The notes beneath the pieces are model-generated. The model had not been told where the DNA came from and ran no database searches. It saw nothing but the letters and a program-made list of their open reading frames with translations. DNA of 64,000 nucleotides, from the NCBI GenBank assembly GCA_000934665.2, contig KZ537963.1:1-64000 (forward strand). Direction: 5' to 3'. The position numbers and the translations under genes were made by a program. How positions within the stretch are numbered: the first letter of the stretch is position 1; each line of letters begins with the position of its first letter. This document shows, in pieces, positions 43,329 to 53,288 of the stretch. This DNA comes from Catajapyx aquilonaris (lineage: Eukaryota).

Positions 43329-44710
43329 ATGAAGTTCAACAAAGTGTTTCCTGCTAAACGCGCTGTGAGCATTTACGACTCGTTTCGAATTGTGGCTCTG
43401 TACTCCAAATATTTCGGGTTGTTTCCAGTGCGTGACACTGTCACATATCCGTACACTCGGAAGTGGATCGCTTCGCTGATCTTTCCCTTCTATCACGTCA
43501 CAACCTGCTTGCTTTCCGCGTTGTTCATGTATCCTATCAACGGATGGACAGTCTCGCTTGACTCTGTTCGAAGCACGACATCCACCTTGTACATGGTGAA
43601 CGATTATGTGGTTAGTGTCGCATTTTATGTCATTTTTCTGTCTAAGTTTGGAGCAATACGAAATTTTATAAACAGGTTGGATCACTTTGATATGGATGTT
43701 CCAGAGAGTGCGGTGATCAATCGAAAAATGCGAAGATTTGCATCAGTTGCAATCGCGATTTTATTTTCGTTCAACATTGTGAAAATGGCTCTTACTTTCG
43801 TCGAGTCTGGCTCTAAAGTGCCCCTGTTCATCGGCATTCCGTGGTGTTTGTCTGTCAAATTGTTGTCCGATTCTGTCTACGTCCTTCCCATGCACCTGAT
43901 ATTTTTCTCCGAGTCAATCCGGAATCGCTTTGCACTAATTAATAGCAACATTAAAAAGACCACAACCAGACTTCACCGATTGAGCTGCAACCCTTCAGAA
44001 GTGTTTGTGTACAAGGTGTCTCCCCTGGAAATTACAACAAAGTCACTCTCAGACTTGGATCGCCAGTACCACACTCTTTGCGGAGTGGTATCGGCCATGA
44101 ACGACGCATACAGCATCACGACGCCTTTCCTCTACTTTTATTTGCTTACATACTTGGTATCACGAGCCTCCAACATGATCTTCATGAATCCAGGGAGTGT
44201 ACGAGCGTTATTCATCATTTCGAAAATGATATCCATAATCCTTCAACTGCTGGTCTTGGGATTAGTTACATGTCTCTTGGAGAATCTACCACGTGAGGTA
44301 CGTTACATATTGAGACCATACACTAGTGTGATCACTGATCACACTTTATAAAGGGCATGTACAGTGCTATTGCCCTATTGCATGTGTAGGCGAGGAATTC
44401 TATACTAGATCTACGCAGAGTTTATTTGCCCGGTTTGGACTGGAAGACTAGACTTGAAGTTCAGAGTCTAATAAGCAAGGTGATTCAACCGGAAGTGGAA
44501 GTTTCAGCTTGGTTCTTTCCAGTCAGAAGCGGAATAATCACATCTGTAAGTTATATTTGTCTTGCTATGCTGTTACCACAACCAAGCGTACTCGATTTTT
44601 TGTTTTTTCAGATTGCTGGAGCAGCAACGACCTACCTTATTATGATAGCGCAGTTTGAACAAGGAAGTAATAAGTGCTGCACTGCTCTGTGTAATGTTAC
44701 TTGCACTTGA
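43329..44710 (+). CDS. Gustatory receptor, cluster copy 2, ~407 aa, 3 coding exons
   Basis: Exons 43329-44297 (caaaATG; ends LENLPRE|gtacgt; alternative in-frame ATG at 43293), 44390-44545 (gtgtag|ARNSILDLRRVYLPGLDWKTRLEVQSL...VSAWFFPVRSGIITS|gtaagt) and 44612-44710 (ttttcag|IAGAATTYLIMIAQFEQGSNKCCTALCNVTCT*). Phase-0 introns of 92 and 66 nt. Collinear with copy 1 (YFGLFPVRDT, LPMHLIFFSESIRNRF). Confidence 0.9.
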
Positions 44711-45393
44711 GAGTCATACTAGTTTTTAATTTAATTGCCCTAAATCGATTTGCTAGCGAATACACAAAGGAACTGATCCCTTAGCGGTGCAGTTTTCAGG
44801 ATTTTTAAGTTATTCAGATAAGAAAGCCTATACCATCGCCTAGTGGTCCAAACTTCTGAATTAATATCAGAATGCACATTACAAAGGTAAATGTACTGAA
44901 CCATTTAATGCGTTAGCTAATGTACATTGATTTTTTGTGAGCACTCCTTTGACATATTCATACATGCTGATCATGTGTATGGTTGCATAACAGTTTCTTA
45001 TTCAGTGCTATACGTCAAAATTATTATGACAATGTGCAAGAACGCCATACTATTGTAAACGTTGTACAAGTAAAAAATAGAGCAAGTATAAATCCAGAAT
45101 GAGTTTCATTAATAAATGACCCACTCACAAATAACTGACAGATTCGTAAGTGTGTGTGTGTAGGCTACATCAAGCCCGTGTTGCGACAAATATTACTGAT
45201 GTGATTGTCCAGTACATGTATGGTACATCCAGCTACAATAGCACACATCGCCAAAGGGCCCAGAATTGATTTGCTGCTACCGGATCAGATGCCCTTTATA
45301 CGACCCATCGTGATGGATATGTCGATACTCTTGTGGATGGAAAAAACTAGGTACGCGTTACGCCATACCCTGAATCAGCACAGAGTGTTAAAG

Positions 45394-46889
45394 ATGGCAG
45401 TGACTCGAGTATCCGTTTCTTCGTCGGAAAAGAAGAAAATGAACGTCTTCGAGTCGTTCTGCTGCCTGGCCATCTTCTCCAAGATTTTCGGAATGTTTCC
45501 TGCGAAGGACACGCGAAACTTTCCGTACACTCGGAACAGGGCCGTTTCCTTGATATTCGTTTTCAACTACATCGTCACGTGTTCGTTCCATCGGCTCATC
45601 ATGCTGAAATTACCAGGCTGGAAGGCCTTCTCGTTCCAAAACATCCAGTCGACAACAAGGACCCTGTATTTCGTCAACGACTTTGTTGTGATAGCCATCA
45701 TCTACGCTATATTCACCGCTAAATTCGGGTCCGTGACGCAGCTGCTTAACAAGCTGGAAGCTTTTGATAGAACCATAGAGGAATCGGACTCGGTCAACCG
45801 GAAGATGAGAGCACGTGTTGTTGTCGCAATTGCAATGCTGGTGGTAATTCGAGTGGCATACGCCGCATTGTTTTCTGCAGCGGTTTATATAACCATACCG
45901 TCCGTTTACTCCGTTGTTTACGCCTGCTTTTTGCAGCTGATTGAAATGTGCGTGTACATTCTGCCGTTGCAACTAGTGTTCGTGGCCGAGTCTGTACGAT
46001 GTCGTTTTCAACTACTAAACAACATAGTTCACACAAGTTGTGCCATAAATCCTGAAACGGTATTGAGCACCAAGTTAAAAACGTCGCGTCAATTGCCATA
46101 CCAGACAATTTCGGATGTGAACAGAGCTTATGACGATCTCTGTGAAATAGTTGGGGCCATGAACAGGTCATACGGATTGTCAACAGCCTTCTTTTACCTG
46201 TACCTCCTAATTTTTCTAGTTGCCCGGTTTGCTAGTTTCATAATAGTGTCGGAAAAGAACGAGATGACTCTTGCTTTCAAGCTAATGCTGACTGTTTTCC
46301 ATGCGATTATTATGGGATTCGTTACGTGCCTGTTGGAGCAACTGCCTCGAGAGGTTAATATTTTCAGTTTTTAACAATTATTTTTTTTGGGTGAATCTTT
46401 GGCTTCCTTCTAAAGCAAGTTGTTCTTATCTTGTTGACAGGCTAAGGCTTCACTGCAGTACTTACGCAGAATCTATTTACCTGCTCTGGATTGGACAACT
46501 CGAATGGAAGTTCAGTCACTGATGGACAAGATAAATCAATCAGAAGTCGAGGTTTGGGCTTGGTTCTTTCGAGTTCGAAGTGGAATTCTAACTTCGGTAA
46601 GTACGACTTCCTGCTCCTCACCTTTTAAAGTTCAGTATTACGTTTTGTATACTGACGTAATACTTTTCTGAATATTTAATTTGGTATATGGTAAGCTGCT
46701 ACTGTCATATCGTAAATATTATTTCATATCATAATAAATTATACAGTAATATCAACCTGATGTGTCGCTGATTGTCCTAATATTGGTAATATTTTTCAGA
46801 TAGTTGGTGCGGTTACTACTTATCTCATTGTGCTGGCCCAATTTAATGGGAATGACAAGTTCTGCAAATGTAATGCGACTGGTGAATAG
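45394..46889 (+). CDS. Gustatory receptor, cluster copy 3, ~401 aa, 3 coding exons
   Basis: Exons 45394-46353 (MAVTRV...LEQLPRE|gttaat), 46441-46596 (ttgacag|AKASLQYLRRIYLPALDWTTRMEVQSL...VWAWFFRVRSGILTS|gtaagt) and 46800-46889 (tttttcag|IVGAVTTYLIVLAQFNGNDKFCKCNATGE*). Phase-0 introns of 87 and 203 nt. Start chosen by length match to paralogues and similarity to the copy-4 start context; upstream in-frame ATGs exist. Confidence 0.88.
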
Positions 46890-48044
46890 CTCAACACTAA
46901 TGCAAGGTTTTACCACCCCCTTTTTTGTTACATGTGTCGCCTCTCTCGTATAATGTACATTATTGGCAGCTGTTCCCGCTGTTGTTTCCAAAAACTGTTC
47001 GTGTGATCTACACGCAATCTGTCAATACTACCCGGTAGTTGTATGTCGCCACAGCTATATACATAAAACCCCCAATATAGACACGATTGTACACAATATG
47101 TTTAGGTGTATCAATAATAAACACGCATCACACAACAGGGGCTCCAAACCATGCCATAAATATTTACTGGCATGTGAGCCAGGAGAATAACTCAATATTG
47201 TATATCTTTTCATTTGAGCAATAATTTCTCAACATAAATTGTAAATTATCAGAATGACATTTTGCCATTTTTGTAGAAATATTGGACAAACTTCAAGTGC
47301 ATAAAAAATTGTTAAACTATTATTGACACGGATCAGTCCACCGTATGAATCTTACACCAACATGCCCAATAAACCTGTCTTGCAATCGATTATGCATCTG
47401 TGTACGAAGCTGCAATAAAGTGAAGGCCGTATATATATTTATGGCTATGCATCTCTAGAGGATAACCCTTGCCCTTCTTGACCCATGAAACAACATTAGC
47501 AAGGTAATAGCCAGAGTACTCACACGCACTTGACAATATATGATTTAAGAATATTGTTTGCATTCGATCATTTTATACGACTCTAGAAACTGCCTTATGA
47601 ATATTTTAGTAGGATCATTCTAATTCCTAATGCATGCTGTTGACATACCCTCAATATTACTATGTGAGCGTCATACCTCTACAGGTTTTATTTGGACATA
47701 CTATTACTTACATGATTATGGGCATAAAGTCATTTGTCCGTTATTATTTTCCCTCAATAAACATTGCAAAAATATCGCATTATTTTGATAATTTTCAGCT
47801 CATTTATTATGTACAGATTATTGATTGCCATAGAACAGCATTTAGAATGACTCTGATAACCTTATCCTTCAGAGTCCATATGGCACGGGAGTCACTAGAG
47901 ACACATGTACAATGGAAGAGTATTGTCTGCTATTGATTTGGAAAGATAGCTTTGCATGTCTGTCAGATATGCCAATAGAGTTTGTGACAAATGAAAGCGG
48001 CTTTAAGTGCTTGGGGTTTAAAGTCAAGCCTTCACAGTGCTAAA

Positions 48045-49514
48045 ATGGCAGCCGACAGAGTGACCAGTGTTGACAATCATCTGAGTGTCTACGATTCCTT
48101 TCGTTTCTTGGCCCTATATTCCAAGGCGATGGGGATGTTTCCTGCGAAAGACACGCGCACGCAGCCGTATCGAAGGAAGTGGGTGTACGCAATAATTCTG
48201 CCAATCAGTCTTTTTACTGTCCTGCTAATTTCCACTATGCATGTGTACGAAATGATTGACTGGAAGCCGTTTTCCTTTGAAAGCATCTCCTCCACCATTG
48301 TTACACTGTACGTGTTGAATTACTACGTTGGTGCATCAGCCATTTATGTCATTATGACTGTGAAGTTCGGTTGCATTAATAAGTTGATGGCAATGTTGCA
48401 TCAATTCGACGTAGACTTTCTGCAAGGACCTACAAGCACTGAAATCAACAAAACTCTTCAAACTCGCACCGCCCTCGTCATTGTTACAACCTCGGCTATT
48501 GTTGTGATAGAAGCGACGATGCTGGCTACCACGCTGGCTTACAAAAGCTTGAACGTGTACCTCTCAGCAGTCACTCCTGCAAGCAGCGTCAATCTACGTG
48601 CTTCCCATGCACCTGGTCTATTTTTCCGAATCCATCAGAATGCGATTTCAATTCATAAACAGCATTATCCGCAATGCCATTTCGGGCCTCTCCCAACGGC
48701 CGCAAGTGGAAACAATTCCAACAATTTCACGTCGCAGTGCATCCCAGGCATTGCCTAAATTGTTTTTGGCTTATGGAGACCTCTGCGATATTGTGGGAGC
48801 CATGAATGACGCTTACAGCCTCGCATCGCCATTGTTTTATCTCCACGTCCTGACTGTTTTGGTGGGGCGATTAGCCAGCCTTGTGGTTCTGCAGGAGAGC
48901 AGTCTGGTCTACTTGTGCTACAAAGTGCTGGTAATACTCTTCTGTGCGTTCATGGTTGGGTTCGTCACGTGCTTGATAGAGAAACTCCAGAGAGAGGTGA
49001 GTGCTTCATTATATATACAAAGTGGTCCTATTGTCCATCAGAGTTGGCCACTTTTGGCACTAATTTATATAACAAATTTATTCCAAAAATAAGTTATCAA
49101 AAATATGAGCTGGTAACATTGCAAAAAAAATCACTTCACAATATTTTACAATGTATTTGGTGCAACATGTGAAAACTGGATTTGTTCTCTAATAGGCGAA
49201 AGGTGCAATGCCTAAATTGAGGAACATATATAGGCCTTCTTTGGATGATACTGTTCGGCATCAAGTTAAGGCTTTGGTAGACAGAATTAGCCATTCTGAG
49301 GTGGAGGTCTCAGCGTGGCTTTTCCCGATCAGAGGAGGAATTTTAATCTCGGTAAGTAAGCTGTGATATTCCTTCAACTAGCTTGAACGTAAGGAATGTG
49401 TTTGAGAATGAGGTTTAATTCAGTAGAAAGAAAGTCGGTGGATATTAACTTAAATCTTTCCAGATTGCAGGAGCGGTTACGACTTATCTGATTGTTTTGG
49501 CCCAGTTTCATTGA
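48045..49514 (+). pseudogene. Gustatory receptor, cluster copy 4, frameshifted (probable pseudogene or null allele)
   Basis: Same structure: exon 48045-48996 (ends IEKLQRE|gtgagt), 49196-49351 (156 nt, ...VSAWLFPIRGGILIS|gtaagt) and 49464-49514 (IAGAVTTYLIVLAQFH*). Exon 1 is 952 nt, not a multiple of 3, and is split between ORFs 47991-48758 and 48598-49092. The frame switch lies between ~48553 and ~48590. Confidence 0.82.
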
Positions 49515-50322
49515 TGGAAGCAAAGTCAATTCGACGTCTGATTGATGCCATTTCTTATAGCTCACCTATCCCGCATTTCCAACCTCTCATTTCTCAGCGC
49601 AACGTAGCCTGCAACTGCGATCAAGCTGACACAATGATGCAATGTAACTAAAGCACATCAAAGTAGTACAGCAAATGTGTGTAATATGTTTAAAGGTTCA
49701 TCATGAAAAAACATTTGAGGTCGACAATAACTTCTGCAAATACGATCCTGGTTTAGTTAAAATTAATGAATCTCTTTTATTGGAATCATTAAATATATTT
49801 TGGATTTAATCACAGAGTGCAAATGTGTCAATTCATGCTTCATCAAGTCATTCTCCATGCATTGGAAAATAAATTTAAAATAGACAAAATTAGGAGAAAT
49901 AATGCATAATAATGCCAAGGCCTATTGCTAATTTAATTAGCGTGATTGGCAATGTTTTAATGAAATACGTACACTAATCATTTTTATCAACTGCATTATT
50001 AGCTTTCCAGCCAATATGTGAAAAAGTTTTCCATATGAAACATTCAGCTAATTTCAAAATCGCATGACTTCAAAAAGGCACTGCAACAAAACTTCAACAA
50101 TGTAGCATGCAACGAGGTGCATCTGGTTTGACATACATTTTTTCGTGTAAAAGCAACAAACATTTTTTTGCCCCTTTGATGCTCTTCCTGCCCACACATA
50201 ATTATTATTAAATGCAATTTTCATCATAATATTTTTGCATCACCGTTTAATACTCGTAGACGGCAAGTTAATATAATTTTTCTGATATTAATAGTGTAGT
50301 GTATAGAAATTTCTGAAAAATA

Positions 50323-50459
50323 CAGGGTGACCGTAAAGTCTGGACACATGATTGTAACTTATAGGAAATAATATTACATTGTTGGTTGCCATTATTGTCA
50401 ACCAGCAATATCATACATAAGTATTATTACCTATGTGTCCAGACTTTATGGCCACCGTT
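50323..50459. mobile_element. Tc1/mariner-type MITE, 137 bp, fold-back
   Basis: TA|CAGGGTGACCGTAAAGTCTGGACACATG versus the reverse complement of 50432-50459 match at 23/28, with a perfect 16-bp core TAAAGTCTGGACACAT. TA flanks both sides. A CAGGGTG terminus is typical of Tc1/mariner elements. Confidence 0.72.
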
Positions 50460-52523
50460 TATAACCCATGACACCGCATAATTATTATGTGCCCTTTCGC
50501 TTCAAAAGTCACTTTTTATCATAGACCAGCCTTACCTGCACCGAATCTCTTTTTTTTCTCCTCTCGAAGTTTTTACAACCTTTCCAAGGCAATTCTTTGC
50601 CCAACCTTCTTGTGATCAACGTCATTTGAGCCGGCCATGAATATCGCCCCCTCCGCCCAAGCGATGAGGATAGGTGACTAATGACTTCCAGCCATCGCCC
50701 ACCTCTCCTGAACTCCTTCAAGATCCTCCCATCTGAGCCAATAACCTAGCCGAAGACCCCGTCGATTGTGAAAGGGCTGAAGGAAATGAAGGTGCGGACA
50801 TTAGGTTAACCCAAAAATCCCCTGGCAGCAGATTACGTATGGAGAAGAAGCAAAAGAGGTAAGGTGGGCAAGGCAAAAAGGCTGGCCCTTGTTCGTTCGT
50901 AATATTGATGGAACGAGGGGGGCTCCATCTCGGCCCCACCAATTGGGGAGGGTCCTCTCAGATGAGGAGTTATGGCGATAGGTGTCGATTCAGACTCGTT
51001 CAGCCGGAAGCTACACTAAATTATGGGCGCCCTTTTCGGTGGAAGCCCTCCCTTCCATGCCTTTTATTGGTTTCTGAACACGGCCCTTGGGATGAGTCTG
51101 CCGCTACTGCTGCTGCTGGGTGACCCCTTACCTTCTAACCTTTTACCCTCCAAAAAAAATGTAACATCTGGACCCATGTGTTTATAAACAATCCGCACTT
51201 AAATGACCCAGATTACTGCCAGCCGCAATTCTTCGAATTTTCTTTCAGACTATTTCTGGACACGTCCGAGATGGAGAGGACTAGACGAGACAAAAAAAAA
51301 TCCAGCTAAAATAGCCGTTTGAAATAGGGGCAACTGTTTCGGACATTGGGCGTGAAGAGGCTTCTCGCGCGTCTTTTGAGTCGGAGTAAATTTAAAACCC
51401 GCCGACCTCTTTGTCTTTCAGTGGGAGAAACCAAGCTTGAATTTAATCTGAGCAAGATCGACAGGAAGGCGTCACTACTGTTGGGACGTCGAAGGAATTT
51501 CTTTTCTTCTTCCTATAGTTTGCCAACCGCATGCCTCGTTAGTGACGCCAGGCGCCTTATTTTTGGAATTTTTTTATTTAAAAAAAGAGTTGACTCACAC
51601 ATTGCAACTATTTACAAACCAGCGCAATGTACTTGGATGACATCACAGCTTATTTATTTATCGGTTTTCGCCCCCTTCTCTTTCTGACTCATTTATTGGC
51701 GTGTAGTGGTAATGTGTAATCCCGGAGAGAATGGGTCCTAGATGGCCGTATAAAATGGGGCCAATGGTGTTGGTGGCCGGCGCCAGATTCCCCCTGGGAG
51801 GCCAACCTCGCATCTGACCAGAGCCAGGAAGTGGTGTCCTCTAAATCCGGGCAAACAAACAAGCAAGGGGTTGCTGGCTTTGCCCACTGCCCCTTCTGGC
51901 TGATGTTCCGGATACTTGGAATTGTGCCTTGAAACATTTCCGGAACAACCTTTTTTCCCCCCTTAGAAGCTATACTCTTGACTCATGGCGACATCAGAAA
52001 TTGGGCTAAAGTCAGCAAGAGTCCCTGCATATTTTTGAATGCAATTCAGCAGACCGCAATCATATCAGAGGAGGAAAAAAAGTTCATACCAACGGTTGCC
52101 TCCCATTTTTTCATAGAACGTCAAGCCTTGGTAGGTAATTACGTTCCGTAATTACGTGGCAAAAAATGCCCGATTTTAACCCGCAATTTATAGCCGGGCC
52201 TAAAATAATGGGATGTTGGACTGCAGAGCTCAGAAGTGATGTGCAACGGTGGAGTTTGGGAGTTAGGACCAATAATTCCAACATGCAAGCAGCCTTTGGG
52301 ACTCTAATAATGCATGGTGCATGTACGAAGTCATTACTGTGTGTAATAGGTTCCTGGTACATTATTAATCATGCACAATGAGTTAGGGCAGTGTACAGTG
52401 GCCCCGAAATGATGAGCGAGTGGCCCCAGCCGTTAAAAAAATACAGCTTTCGATAACTATGATACCGTTCCGATAAACATTATGATGCCGCTTCCATCAT
52501 GTGCAACAGTACACTCTTAGCCC

Positions 52524-52704
52524 GGTCACCTTTATTAAAGGTGACGAAACAGCCTGTTTAGTCACCTTTATTTTAGAAGGGTACATGGCACCTTTAAAAC
52601 AAAAGGTACCGTTGGTCACCTTTATTTAAAGGTGACGAAATTGCCTGTTTTGTCACCTTTATTTTAGAAGGGAATATGTCTCCTTAAAAATAAAAGGTAC
52701 CGTT
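52524..52704 (+). repeat. Two tandem ~90-bp subterminal repeat units inside the CACTA-like element
   Basis: GGTCACCTTTATT(T)AAAGGTGACGAAA...GTCACCTTTATTTTAGAAGGG...AAAAGGTACCGTT starts at 52524 and again at 52614. Each unit opens with a GTCACCTTT/AAAGGTGAC hairpin. Confidence 0.85.
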
Positions 52705-53242
52705 GAACCCTGTAAAGTTTTAATCAGGTCACATTTATGTACATGGGACAAAATGGCCGGTTTTGGCCCCCTTTATTTTAGAAGGGTAATGGTATATGTA
52801 TCCTTGGCTTGCCCGGAATCTTGCTCCAATTCAAACCCATCACAGCTGGTCACAACAATGGGGCGTGCAGAAGGTGCAACACAGCAAGGAGAACACAACG
52901 GGAAGCCTGGAAAAAACATACCCGGCTTGGAAGTACATAGTCGAAACAACTGAGAGCAAGACACCAAACTGACCTGGACACTGCGATGGCAATCCCCAGT
53001 CGGGCCAGGCCCAGGCCACTTTGTTTTCAGCACCCGGACCTGCATGCGACGACGCATATGTGTTCGTCCGTCACGACGCCGCACGTCCACCTCTGCGCCC
53101 CCCTACGACGGCCCGTACCCCGTGACCAGCCAGTCACCAACGTCACCTCAAGCACTGGCAGTCAACTGCTGGCCACAACAGCCGCGCAACAGGTGCAACA
53201 ACATTACAACAATGACCAAAACGATTCCAGCAGCGGCCGGCA

Positions 53243-53288
53243 GCGGCCATCTGCAAAACGTCACCAAGTCACGTGACCACTGACGTCA
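53243..53288 (-). promoter_or_regulatory. Promoter-like motif cluster inside the transposon (CRE + palindromic E-box + YY1/Pho-like site)
   Basis: TGACGTCA at 53281-53288, GTCACGTGAC at 53268-53277 and GCGGCCATCT at 53243-53252 (minus strand AGATGGCCGC), all within 46 bp and at the edge of a GC-rich interior. Confidence 0.4.

Noticed and set aside
44441..44451. TGGAAGACTAG matching the 5' part of miR-7
   Set aside because: It lies in a Gr coding exon (W-K-T-R), the match stops after 11 nt, and there is no precursor hairpin.
45205..45393. 63-aa N-terminal extension of Gr copy 3 (and shorter extensions of copies 1, 2 and 4 in the ORF track)
   Set aside because: No similarity among paralogues, non-ATG starts in some cases, and the extensions fall largely inside putative 5'-UTR introns.
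41184..46183. Long minus-strand ORFs (41184-41681, 43266-43685, 45610-45972, 45794-46183)
   Set aside because: They are antisense shadows of the Gr coding exons, with no recognisable protein features.
48555..48570. GT...AG micro-intron (13 or 16 nt) that would restore the frame of Gr copy 4
   Set aside because: Far shorter than the shortest introns here (55-66 nt), and it would delete still more of a helix whose length is invariant in the paralogues.
52524..52704. Palindromic repeats resembling a CRISPR array
   Set aside because: Eukaryotic context, no unique spacers (whole units are duplicated), no cas genes; explained as transposon subterminal repeats.
52986..53283. GC-rich ORFs inside the transposon as a transposase or captured gene
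   Set aside because: Under 110 aa in every frame, with no recognisable transposase or other domain; open frames are expected from the GC content.
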